Assembly: GCA_030527085.1 (NCBI GenBank)
Contig: JAUNBN010000001.1
Span: forward strand, 1 to 32,456
Length of the DNA: 32,456 nt
Source: Oscillospiraceae bacterium
GTDB lineage: Bacteria > Bacillota > Clostridia > Oscillospirales > Ruminococcaceae
Direction of reading: 5' to 3'
The notes beneath the pieces were generated by a model. It worked only from the letters and a program-made list of their open reading frames with translations. It was not told the origin of the DNA and made no database searches. The position numbers and the translations under genes were made by a program. Shown piece by piece: positions 17,899-24,897 of this stretch (position 1 is the stretch's first letter; each line of letters starts with the position of its first letter).

Positions 17899-18010
17899 GT
17901 GTCCCAGCTCGAATGCGCGTGCTTTTTAGGGCGTCTCCCCCACCAAAAAAAGGAGACACTCTGACTCAATGGCATTGACCGAAGGCGGCATACCGTTTCG
18001 AGCCGCTCCT
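17899..18010 (+). repeat. MITE-like repeat copy (GTCCCAGCTCG-type terminus)
   Basis: The left end is GTGTCCCAGCTCGAATGCGCGTGCTTTTTAGGG. The hairpin is GCGTCTCC..GGAGACAC (17931-17959). An internal CCGAAGGCGG core remnant is present. The right end is GAGCCGCTCCT. The head is near-identical to the copy at 20618. Confidence 0.5.
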
Positions 18011-18017
18011 TAAATGC

Positions 18018-18057
18018 AAAGCCCGCCTGCCGAAGAAAATATCGGCAGGCGGGCTTT
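18018..18057 (-). terminator. Intrinsic terminator downstream of cdd
   Basis: AAAGCCCGCCTGCCGA-8 nt-TCGGCAGGCGGGCTTT is a perfect 16-bp stem, T-rich after the stem on the minus strand. It lies 20 nt past the cdd stop. Confidence 0.6.
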
Positions 18058-18077
18058 AATAGTCGAGGGAAAAGACC

Positions 18078-18494
18078 TCAGAAGCGATCGTCTCCCCACC
18101 AGTTTGGGAGCAGCTCCTGCAGAGTGACGGTCTTTCTCTTCTCGTAATCCAGCAATATTTCCATGCTTCGATTCTCGGAATTGAGCTGCATGAAAAACTC
18201 CCGGCACGCGCCGCAGGGCGTCCCGCTGTCGCCGCCCGAGGGCGCTTTGTCCCTGAAGGCGATGAGCCGTTTGATTTTTGTCTGGCCGCTGTTCAAAAGC
18301 ATATTCAGAGCCGCAGCTCTCTCGGCGCACAGATTCAAAACCCCGCCGCAGCTTTCTACGCAAAAGCCCGTGAAAATCTCGCCGCTGCCGCTTTCAAGGG
18401 CGCAGACCACATTGCGCGCGTATATGAAGGGGGAAATTTCTTCGGGGCGGTAAAGCTCCGCGGCTTTCAAATAAAGCGTTTTCCAAATATCCAT
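18078..18494 (-). CDS. cdd: Cytidine deaminase
   Basis: 138 aa with zinc-ligand motifs CAERAA and PCGACREF, typical of the small tetrameric Cdd. Confidence 0.88.
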   Translation of the reverse strand: MDIWKTLYLKAAELYRPEEISPFIYARNVVCALESGSGEIFTGFCVESCGGVLNLCAERAAALNMLLNSGQTKIKRLIAFRDKAPSGGDSGTPCGACREFFMQLNSENRSMEILLDYEKRKTVTLQELLPNWWGDDRF

Positions 18495-18511
18495 TTGCTT
18501 AAAGTCTCCTT

Positions 18512-18880
18512 TCAGCCCAGCAGCTTCTCGAGCAGCGCGCGTATCTCCGAGTCCGAAAGCCCCAGCGAGACGGCGCGCTCGAGCGCCGCGCGAAGCTCGG
18601 CCTCGGCAAGCTCAAAGCGGCGGTCGGCGAGCTCGGGCTCCTTATGGGGTGCTACGAAGCAGCCGCGCCCGGTAACGGTGTAGATAAGCCCCTCGCGCTC
18701 GAGCTCCTCCCAGGCCTTTTTTACGGTTATAACGCTGACCCGAAGCTCGAGCGCAACGCTTCTGATGGGCGGCAGGCAGTAGGATCCCTCCAGCTCGCCC
18801 TTTATTATCTGCGAGCGGAGCTGCTCGTATATCTGCTTATATAAAGGCGTCTCCGAGCCGTTGTTTAAAACGATGTTCAC
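18512..18880 (-). CDS. GntR-family transcriptional regulator, YtrA subfamily
   Basis: 122 aa with PLYKQIYEQLRSQIIKGEL..LPPIRSVALELRVSVITVKKAWEELEREGLIYTVTGRGCFV. The short C-terminus is typical of YtrA-type regulators. Confidence 0.88.
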   Translation of the reverse strand: MNIVLNNGSETPLYKQIYEQLRSQIIKGELEGSYCLPPIRSVALELRVSVITVKKAWEELEREGLIYTVTGRGCFVAPHKEPELADRRFELAEAELRAALERAVSLGLSDSEIRALLEKLLG

Positions 18881-18883
18881 GGC

Positions 18884-19543
18884 TTAGAGATCTACCCTTT
18901 CAAAGAGCGCCTGCGCGCGCCTCGAGGCCGTGAGCGTTGCGGCAAAGTAAATAAGCGCGGCCGCGCCCAGCAGTGCGAGGCGCAGAGGCCGTCCCGCGGC
19001 AAGCCAGTTATCCAGATTGGTTTTAAGGGCGGGTATGAGCTGTACTGCGACCTCGGCGGCGATAAGCCAGAGCGAGGCCGCGCCCCCGGCAAAGCAGAGC
19101 GCCCTGCCCGCGCTGTAGCCGGTCTTGTAAAAGATGGGCAGAAAGAGCGCGTTGAATATGGCGAACATAATCAGAATTATCGCGTAGAAGGCGGCGTTGG
19201 CCTCTATGCCGACGGTGTTCTCCCCGAGGGGGTTGATGTTGCGGCCTATCAGGGCGAAGGGCACGGAGATCAAAATATTGAAGAGCTGGATTATAACTAT
19301 CATCAAAGTGCGCGCCCTCACTACGTCGCGCTTCTCCACCGGCAGCAGCGCCGTGAAGAGCACGTCCTTGTTCTCGCGCCCGTTAAGGAAGATGAAAAAG
19401 ATTTCCAGGCAGGTGTAAATAAAGGCCACGGTGTAGGGGTAGGAGGGAATAAGCAGCATAAGGCCGAATAGCGGGAAGATTAAGACCGTCGCGTGGCGCG
19501 CGAGGGTAAACTCCTTGTAGAGCAGGCTGCCCATGTAATTCAT
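18884..19543 (-). CDS. ABC-2-type transporter permease
   Basis: 219 aa with about 6 TM segments. It overlaps the upstream ATPase stop by 4 nt, as in YtrA-associated ABC modules. Confidence 0.75.
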   Translation of the reverse strand: MNYMGSLLYKEFTLARHATVLIFPLFGLMLLIPSYPYTVAFIYTCLEIFFIFLNGRENKDVLFTALLPVEKRDVVRARTLMIVIIQLFNILISVPFALIGRNINPLGENTVGIEANAAFYAIILIMFAIFNALFLPIFYKTGYSAGRALCFAGGAASLWLIAAEVAVQLIPALKTNLDNWLAAGRPLRLALLGAAALIYFAATLTASRRAQALFERVDL

Positions 19544-20403
19544 ATCCTCACCTCCGAGTCCGAGGGCTCCTCTGAGTAAATCATAATGGTTTCTATGTCC
19601 GGCCGCGCTGTCTGCAGAGAGCTCAAAAGCTCCCTCTTTTCGGCGAGGGCGAGTCCCGTGAAGCCGAAGGCGTTCTGCTTATAGCCTATAAGGTTTTGCT
19701 TCAGGCCCTCGTCGAGCTGTTCGGCGCGCCCGCTTACCGCTATATAGGAATCTATAAAATCCTCGCGCTCGCAGCTCTTTACTATCTTGCCGTCTTTTAT
19801 ATAGGTAATGAAGTCCGCGCACTTTTCAAGGTCGCTCGTTATGTGAGTGGAAAAGAGCACGCTGTGCCCACCGTCCTCTATCACCTTTCGGAAGATTTGC
19901 AGCAGCTCGTCGCGCGAGACGGGGTCCAGCCCGCTGGTGGGCTCGTCGAGAATCAGCAGCCGCGCGCGGCGCGAGAGCGCCAGCGCCAGCGAGAACTTGA
20001 CCTTCATGCCCTCGGAGAGCTCCTCAACCTTCTTGTTTTCGTCCAGCTCAAAGCGCCGCAGGTATTCGCGGTAGCCCGCCTCGTCCCATTCGGGGTAAAA
20101 GCGCCGCTCTACCGCGCTTATGGCGGAGAGCCTGCGCTTCAAATAGAAATCGAAGCCGCCCAGCACAAAACCTATCTCCCGCTTACACTGAAGTTCCTTG
20201 CTCTTAAAATCCAAGCCGCAGATTTCGACCTCGCCCGAGTCGGGGTGAACGAGGCCGAGCATGCTCTTGAGCGTAGTGGTCTTGCCCGCGCCGTTGCGGC
20301 CTATAAAGCCCATTATATAACCCTCGTCCAAATCGAAGCTCACGCCGTCGAGCGTGAAGCTCTCGTAACGCTTTGTAAGGTTCCTGACCTTTAGAATTGC
20401 CAT
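19540..20403 (-). CDS. ABC transporter ATP-binding protein
   Basis: MAILKVRNLTKRY, Walker A GRNGAGKTTT, signature LSEGMK, Walker B LLILDEPT. The ATG at 20403 is preferred over the GTG at 20442, which lies inside the operator palindrome. Confidence 0.92.
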   Translation of the reverse strand: MAILKVRNLTKRYESFTLDGVSFDLDEGYIMGFIGRNGAGKTTTLKSMLGLVHPDSGEVEICGLDFKSKELQCKREIGFVLGGFDFYLKRRLSAISAVERRFYPEWDEAGYREYLRRFELDENKKVEELSEGMKVKFSLALALSRRARLLILDEPTSGLDPVSRDELLQIFRKVIEDGGHSVLFSTHITSDLEKCADFITYIKDGKIVKSCEREDFIDSYIAVSGRAEQLDEGLKQNLIGYKQNAFGFTGLALAEKRELLSSLQTARPDIETIMIYSEEPSDSEVRI

Positions 20404-20420
20404 CGCCTTGCCTTTCAAAA

Positions 20421-20445
20421 ATTGTGTATATGGTGTATACACAAT
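20421..20445. promoter_or_regulatory. Perfect inverted repeat, candidate YtrA/GntR operator
   Basis: ATTGTGTATA-TGGTG-TATACACAAT overlaps the -10 and the predicted transcription start of the ABC operon promoter. Confidence 0.55.
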
Positions 20446-20471
20446 ATAACACTATGCTCGCGCTCTGTCAA
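20443..20471 (-). promoter_or_regulatory. Sigma-70-type promoter of the ABC/GntR/cdd cluster
   Basis: On the minus strand: TTGACA (20471-20466), a 17-nt spacer, TATATT (20448-20443). Confidence 0.6.
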
Positions 20472-20617
20472 GCCCGGGGAAAATATTTCCAATGAAAACG
20501 ACGCCCTTCTTTTATTAAAATGGAAATTTGCGGGAGCGAACCGAAAGCGGGTTCAACGCTGCATTTACCCCGATGAAGGCGCCATGGCATTTAAGCTCGG
20601 GCGGCGAAACAGCCTCT

Positions 20618-20742
20618 GTGTTCCGGCTCGGCTGTGCGTGCTTTTTAGGGTGTATCCCCACGTTTTTGGCGCGGGGATACACCCTAAGCTAATGACATTG
20701 GGGAAATATAGTGAACAAAGGCGCTCACCGGGTACGCTCCCT
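20618..20742 (+). repeat. MITE-like repeat copy immediately upstream of the recombinase gene
   Basis: The left end is GTGTTCCGGCTCGGCTGTGCGTGCTTTTTAGGG. The perfect 15-bp hairpin is TTAGGGTGTATCCCC-13 nt-GGGGATACACCCTAA (20645-20687). The right end is GGGTACGCTCCCT (20730-20742). Confidence 0.5.
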
Positions 20743-20769
20743 GATTTTGACTTTAAGGGGAAAGAGGGA

Positions 20770-21360
20770 ATGCAGACTTACGGCTACGCGAGGGTATCGA
20801 CAAAGGAGCAGAACGAGGACCGCCAGCTTCTGGCGCTCAAGGAATTCGGCGTAAAGCCGCGCAATATCTATACGGACAAGCTCTCGGGCAAGGACTTCGA
20901 GCGCCCGCAGTACAAGCGGCTGCTTAAAAAGCTGCGCGATGGCGATGTGGTGGTGATACACTCCATAGACCGCCTCGGGCGCAACTACAGCGAGATTTTG
21001 GAGCAGTGGCGGATAATAACCAAGGAAAAAGGCGCGCACATGGTAGTTCTCGACATGCCCCTGCTGGATACTCGCCGCCGCGAGGAGAACCTCACGGGCA
21101 TGCTTATTGCAGACATAGTTTTGCAGCTGCTCTCCTATGTTGCGCAGACGGAGCGCGAGGCGATTCGCAAGCGTCAGCGTGAGGGAATAGCGGCCGCGCG
21201 GCTTCGCGGGGTTAAGTTCGGAGCGCCCGGCAAGGAAACTCCCGAGGAGTTCTACATACTGCGCGAGCAGTGGAGGCGCGGCGAAATTTCCGGCCGCGAG
21301 GCAGCCCGCAGGCTGGGCATAGCCGCCCAGACCTTCACGCGCTGGTGCGAGGAGAGGTAG
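20770..21360 (+). CDS. Small serine recombinase (resolvase/invertase family)
   Basis: MQTYGYARVSTKEQNEDRQ catalytic N-terminus, DRLGRN motif, C-terminal HTH GREAARRLGIAAQTFTRW. AAAGAGGGA Shine-Dalgarno precedes the ATG at 20770. The 312-aa track ORF is an upstream read-through. Confidence 0.9.
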   Translation: MQTYGYARVSTKEQNEDRQLLALKEFGVKPRNIYTDKLSGKDFERPQYKRLLKKLRDGDVVVIHSIDRLGRNYSEILEQWRIITKEKGAHMVVLDMPLLDTRRREENLTGMLIADIVLQLLSYVAQTEREAIRKRQREGIAAARLRGVKFGAPGKETPEEFYILREQWRRGEISGREAARRLGIAAQTFTRWCEER

Positions 21361-21406
21361 GCTTTACGAAAGCGCGCAAATCGGCTGCAGCTCCGCTTCG
21401 CAGCAT

Positions 21407-21433
21407 AAAAAAGCCGCCTAAAGAAGGCGGCTT
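21407..21433 (-). terminator. Intrinsic terminator (minus-strand polarity)
   Basis: On the minus strand, AAGCCGCC-7 nt-GGCGGCTT is followed by TTTTTT. It lies ~155 nt downstream of the lipoprotein stop, with a repeat copy in between. Confidence 0.6.
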
Positions 21434-21440
21434 AGCAGGT

Positions 21441-21532
21441 AGGGAGTGTCCCTATTGCGCGCTTTTTGCGGTATTCCCCCGCCGAAGGCGGGGGAATACC
21501 GCCTCAAATACCCGCTTTTAGGGCCGCTCCCT
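21441..21532 (+). mobile_element. MITE-like palindromic element, well-preserved copy
   Basis: Termini are AGGGAGTGTCCC (21441-21452) and GGGCCGCTCCCT (21521-21532). The perfect 16-bp hairpin is GCGGTATTCCCCCGCC-GAA-GGCGGGGGAATACCGC (21468-21502). The whole element folds as one long imperfect palindrome. Flanks TAGCAGGTA and TGGCAGCTA match 7/9. Confidence 0.6.
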
Positions 21533-21588
21533 GGCAGCTATAATGGCTGTGATATGTATTAAAACATTAAAAACTTCAAAATCTTCTT

Positions 21589-22200
21589 TCAAGTATTGAC
21601 CTGAAAGGTGAAATCCTCGGAATAGAGCTCCTCGTAAACGGTGGAATACAGCGCGGAGTGGGCGAAGGCCTCGGGCAGGTCCCCGGCTACGGCGGCGCGG
21701 ATATAGCGGTATTCGCCGTTGTAGCTCGTGCCCAGCGCCGTGCCGTAGTCCGCGGCGCTCTCGCTCTCGTGCAGACAGTCTATTTTGAGAATAAGCGCGC
21801 TTGTGCCGCTTTCGCTGTCGCGCAGGTAGAACATAAACTGCCTCAGGCCGCCCGAGGCGTTTATGACGAGCTCAAGATTGTCCGCGTTCCAGCCCGGCGG
21901 CAGCAGAAAGCTGAACTCCTCGCCTTTAAAGTAGGGCCAGTCCACCGCGTAGCGCATATTTTCCGTGAAAGCCAGGCTCTCCTCGCTTTGCTCCTCCGCC
22001 TTATAGACCGGCAGGGTCAAAACGAGCTTCTCGCGCTCGGGCAGCGCCGCGCTGGGCGGCGCTTCGGGCAGCAGCTCGCCGCCGCCGAAGCTCTCGGGGC
22101 TGACATAGGCTGAAACGTCGTTCTCAGTTGTGCCCGAGCAGCCCGCGAAAAGCAGGCAGGAGAAAAAGAGCGCGAGCGCCGAAGTCGGGGCTTTTTTCAT
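21589..22200 (-). CDS. Putative lipoprotein, function unknown
   Basis: The ATG at 22200 gives MKKAPTSALALFFSCLLFAGC, a signal peptide with lipobox. The upstream part of the 265-aa track ORF is Arg/Pro-rich and non-coding-like. Confidence 0.75.
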   Translation of the reverse strand: MKKAPTSALALFFSCLLFAGCSGTTENDVSAYVSPESFGGGELLPEAPPSAALPEREKLVLTLPVYKAEEQSEESLAFTENMRYAVDWPYFKGEEFSFLLPPGWNADNLELVINASGGLRQFMFYLRDSESGTSALILKIDCLHESESAADYGTALGTSYNGEYRYIRAAVAGDLPEAFAHSALYSTVYEELYSEDFTFQVNT

Positions 22201-22235
22201 ATGCAAAGACCGCCTTTTAAGCTTATATCGGCAAG

Positions 22236-22264
22236 ATTTTAGCATAAAGCCGCCCGCATGGCAA
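22236..22264 (-). promoter_or_regulatory. Promoter of the lipoprotein gene
   Basis: On the minus strand: TTGCCA (22264-22259), a 17-nt spacer ending in TGc, TAAAAT (22241-22236). This is an extended -10 arrangement. Confidence 0.55.
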
Positions 22265-22300
22265 CGCCGCGGCCGCGGGGGAGCGCCTCTTTTGAGTGCT

Positions 22301-23329
22301 TTAGGCCGCGCCGGAGGCATTTTTGGGATAGCAGGCCCAGAGCGCCTGGGCGCTGTTTTCCGAGAGCATATAGCTCGTGTCCTCAAGATAGAGCCCCTCG
22401 AGGCGCAAGGCGAGATAGCCTCCCTCTCCCGAGGCCGCGGCGGCCTCTAAAGTGCGGTTGAGGGCGTAAAGACCGCCGCCGTTTATGTCGGTAGTCAGCG
22501 AGACGAGGTTTTCCGTATAAAAATCGCTGAGCTCCTCCGCCAGCTCCTTTGAGCGGTATTCCTCCCAAGCTGCGGCAAAGAGCCTTTCAAAGAGCTCGGT
22601 TCTCTCCTCTCCCTTGTGCGGCGCATTCAGCAGGAGCTGACGCAAATCGTTGCCGCAGAATGAGGAGGTGCCCCTATGCTTGCTGTATTCTACTATCCCG
22701 CTCGCGCCGTAAACCTCGAAATCCCTGTCCAGCGAGAAGCGAAACTCGCCCAGGCTGTCCGCAAGCTCGCTCAAAAGCCCGGCGGAAAGGCAAAGGGAGC
22801 CATCTATATTTACCTCCAGTGTTTCCCTCAGCGCGGCCTCGAGGCCGAAAAGCCCTTTTGCGGCGAATATATCCTCAGCCCCATAGGGCCGCCCGCCGTC
22901 GAGCAAGGTGGTTTCGCGGGGGATATCGGTAAAGATAAGGCGGCGCTCGTCAGCGTCCGCGCGCAGCAGGCAGAGTCCGAGGGCCCGGCCCTCCTCCTCG
23001 ACTGCCGCGAGCAGGGTGTAGCCGCCGCTCACGCTGATTGGCACCTTTTCAGCCGACTGCGAAACCTCCTCAGCGCCGCCGAAAGAGCCTGTAAGGTCGT
23101 AGCCCACTATGAGCGTGCCCAGGCAGAGCGGAATAGTTATTGCCAAAGTTGCGAAGAAGCCCTTTAAGAAATCCATGTGCGCGCGCCTTTTTTGCTCGTG
23201 CGGCTCCTCCTCCCCCAGCAGCGCGTTTACGTCCGCGCTTATATCGAAAAGGGGAGCGTGGCCGCGCGGCCCCGCCGCTTCTGTGAAATCGGGCAGCTCC
23301 TCGGGCTCGAAATAGTCTTTTTCCGTCAT
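22301..23329 (-). CDS. Membrane-anchored protein with degenerate LytR-CpsA-Psr (LCP)-like domain
   Basis: It has a cytoplasmic N-terminus and one TM (FFATLAITIPLCLGTLIVGY). LLRADADERRLIFTDIPRETTL and LEVNIDGSLCLSAGLLSELADSLG resemble the LCP core (R.D..m...SIPRD, ..id.yv...f..lvdalGG). Confidence 0.6.
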   Translation of the reverse strand: MTEKDYFEPEELPDFTEAAGPRGHAPLFDISADVNALLGEEEPHEQKRRAHMDFLKGFFATLAITIPLCLGTLIVGYDLTGSFGGAEEVSQSAEKVPISVSGGYTLLAAVEEEGRALGLCLLRADADERRLIFTDIPRETTLLDGGRPYGAEDIFAAKGLFGLEAALRETLEVNIDGSLCLSAGLLSELADSLGEFRFSLDRDFEVYGASGIVEYSKHRGTSSFCGNDLRQLLLNAPHKGEERTELFERLFAAAWEEYRSKELAEELSDFYTENLVSLTTDINGGGLYALNRTLEAAAASGEGGYLALRLEGLYLEDTSYMLSENSAQALWACYPKNASGAA

Positions 23330-23411
23330 TTGCAGCACCGCCGTTAGTGTTTGCTGGCAGTATTGCCCGCCGCGCGGCGACTTATGCGCGGCAGGGCTGG
23401 AAATTGCGGGG

Positions 23412-23497
23412 GAGCTGTCGTATTGCCCGCCATTTTATCAGGGTAGCCCCCCGGAAGGGTGGAGCTACCCTGAAAAGTACGCATAATCGAGCTGGGA
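23412..23497 (+). repeat. MITE-like repeat copy
   Basis: The hairpin is CAGGGTAGC..GCTACCCTG (23439-23472) with a CCGGAAGGG core. The tail CTGAAAAGTACGCATAATCGAGCTGGGAAAC is the reverse complement of the GTCCCAGCTCGAATGCGCGTGC left end seen at 17901. GTATTGCCCGCC is duplicated at 23360 and 23420. Confidence 0.45.
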
Positions 23498-23546
23498 AAC
23501 ATGAGTGGCGATGGATATGGCTAAAAGCGCGAAAACAGGTTTTGGT

Positions 23547-24656
23547 CTAAAGCAGCTCCGCCTTGCGCGCGCGGCCGAAGGCGTCCGCGGCTAGCATCGC
23601 GTTGTAGAGCTCCTTGGCGCCCACGGGGAAGCTGTGATTATTCGTGAAAGCGCCCTCTCCGGTGTTGTTTTCGCACCACTGCATTATGCGCTCTCTTTCA
23701 ACGCCATGCATGGAGAGATCCTCAAAGCAGACCGCGAGGCCTACGGAGGCCATAAAGTCCACCACCTCGTAGACCTCGTCCATCTCAACGTCGGGGTCGA
23801 GCATGAACTGCGTTACTATGCCGAAGGCAACCTTTTCGCCGTGCATGGCGCCATGCGCCTCGGGGAAGGCGGTGAGGTTGTTGCCGAGCTGGTGAGCCGT
23901 AGCGAGACCGCCGCTCTCCCAGCCCACGCCCGAAAGCAGCGTGCAGGCTTCTACCACCCGCTCAAAGGAGGGGTTCACCACCCCGGCGCTCACAGCTGTG
24001 AGGGCTGCGTCCGTGTCCTCAAGCAGGGTGTCGAAGCAAATACGCGCGAGCGCCATGGCTGTCATTGTGGGCGCGCCGCCGCTGCTCGCGGGGCTGTGCT
24101 TGCGGTTCGCGGCGCGAGCCTCGATATAGGTCGCCAGCGCGTCGCCTATGCCCGCCTTGAGCATCTTCTCCGGCGCTAGAACCATAATCCCGGTGTCTAC
24201 GATAATAGCGTCCGGATTGACCGGCCAGAGGTCGAAGCCAGTGCAGACTCCCTCGGACGAGTACCAGACGGTGCAGGCCGAGGTGGGCGCGTCGCTCGAG
24301 CAGACGGTGGGGCAGATTATGACCCGCAGCCCCAGATGCGCGGCCGCCGCCTTTGAAATATCAAGACATTTGCCGCCGCCGAGACCCACTACGATGTCGC
24401 AGCCCTGCTCGCGGATGGCGGCCTCAATGGCGGAGCACTGCTCCTTGGAGCACTCGCCCTCAAAGGCCCACTCGGCAGAATCAAGCCCCCTTTCCTTAAG
24501 CGAGCCCAGAACGAAATCGCCGGAGGCCGCGCGGGTTCGCTTTCCCCAAACCAGCATAGGCTTGGAGGCTCCGTAGGTCTTCGTTATTTCTCCTATCTCT
24601 TCAAGAACACCCTCGCCCTGAATGTATTTGGGCGGGAAAATAATAGCTTTTTTCAT
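23547..24656 (-). CDS. gldA: Glycerol dehydrogenase (Fe/Zn-ADH superfamily)
   Basis: MKKAIIFPPKYIQGEGVL..GGGKCLDISKAAA..; about 369 aa. The ATG at 24656 has an AAGGAG Shine-Dalgarno 8 nt upstream. The track start at 24662 is a GTG. Confidence 0.85.
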   Translation of the reverse strand: MKKAIIFPPKYIQGEGVLEEIGEITKTYGASKPMLVWGKRTRAASGDFVLGSLKERGLDSAEWAFEGECSKEQCSAIEAAIREQGCDIVVGLGGGKCLDISKAAAAHLGLRVIICPTVCSSDAPTSACTVWYSSEGVCTGFDLWPVNPDAIIVDTGIMVLAPEKMLKAGIGDALATYIEARAANRKHSPASSGGAPTMTAMALARICFDTLLEDTDAALTAVSAGVVNPSFERVVEACTLLSGVGWESGGLATAHQLGNNLTAFPEAHGAMHGEKVAFGIVTQFMLDPDVEMDEVYEVVDFMASVGLAVCFEDLSMHGVERERIMQWCENNTGEGAFTNNHSFPVGAKELYNAMLAADAFGRARKAELL

Positions 24657-24680
24657 CGGCACATCTCCTTAATACTCATT

Positions 24681-24830
24681 TAAGCTATTTTAACACAGGG
24701 AGGGCTTTTAAATTCGTGAGTTCCAAAAGGGCAGCGTTCAATAGTGTCTTGCCACCGTCGAAGGCGGGGGCAAGACACTGAAAAACGCAAGTAAGCTATT
24801 TTAACCACGCGGAGGACTTTTAATTCGCGG
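24681..24830 (+). repeat. 71-nt repeat-family element (24721-24791) bracketed by ~40-bp direct repeats
   Basis: DR1 is TAAGCTATTTTAACACAGGGAGGGCTTTTAAATTCGTGAG (24681-24720). DR2 is TAAGCTATTTTAACCACGCGGAGGACTTTTAATTCGCGG (24792-24830), about 80% identical. Between them lies the hairpin AGTGTCTTGCC..GGCAAGACACT (24743-24779) followed by CTGAAAAACGCAAG. Confidence 0.5.
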
Positions 24831-24897
24831 CCGCCGCACGCCTTTCCGCTTTCGGGCATAAAATGAGTGTGCAAAAAAACAAGGCAGGCGGTGCTTT

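Noticed and set aside
20478-20531. AT-rich imperfect palindrome as a res/hix-type crossover site for the recombinase
   Set aside because: About 13 of 17 positions pair, with a ~20-bp spacer. No second matching site was found to define an invertible or excisable segment. It is mentioned under the recombinase finding only as a candidate.
20422-20769. N-terminal 116-aa extension of the serine recombinase ORF (TTG start at 20422)
   Set aside because: The extension runs through the divergent promoter/operator and a repeat copy. It has no homology-like sequence. The canonical MQTYGYARVST start at 20770 has a good Shine-Dalgarno.
21468-21502. The GC-rich core hairpins as ordinary Rho-independent terminators
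   Set aside because: Most are followed by GAAAAA or CTCAAATA on the plus strand and by non-T sequence on the minus strand. A U-tract is therefore missing in both orientations. Copies also occur upstream of genes and between divergent promoters. A weak terminator or RNA-stabilising role is not excluded.
24681-24830. The ~40-bp direct repeats as a DGR template/variable repeat pair or as a retron
   Set aside because: No reverse transcriptase gene is in the window. The substitutions between the repeats are not adenine-specific. The repeats lie in non-coding DNA.
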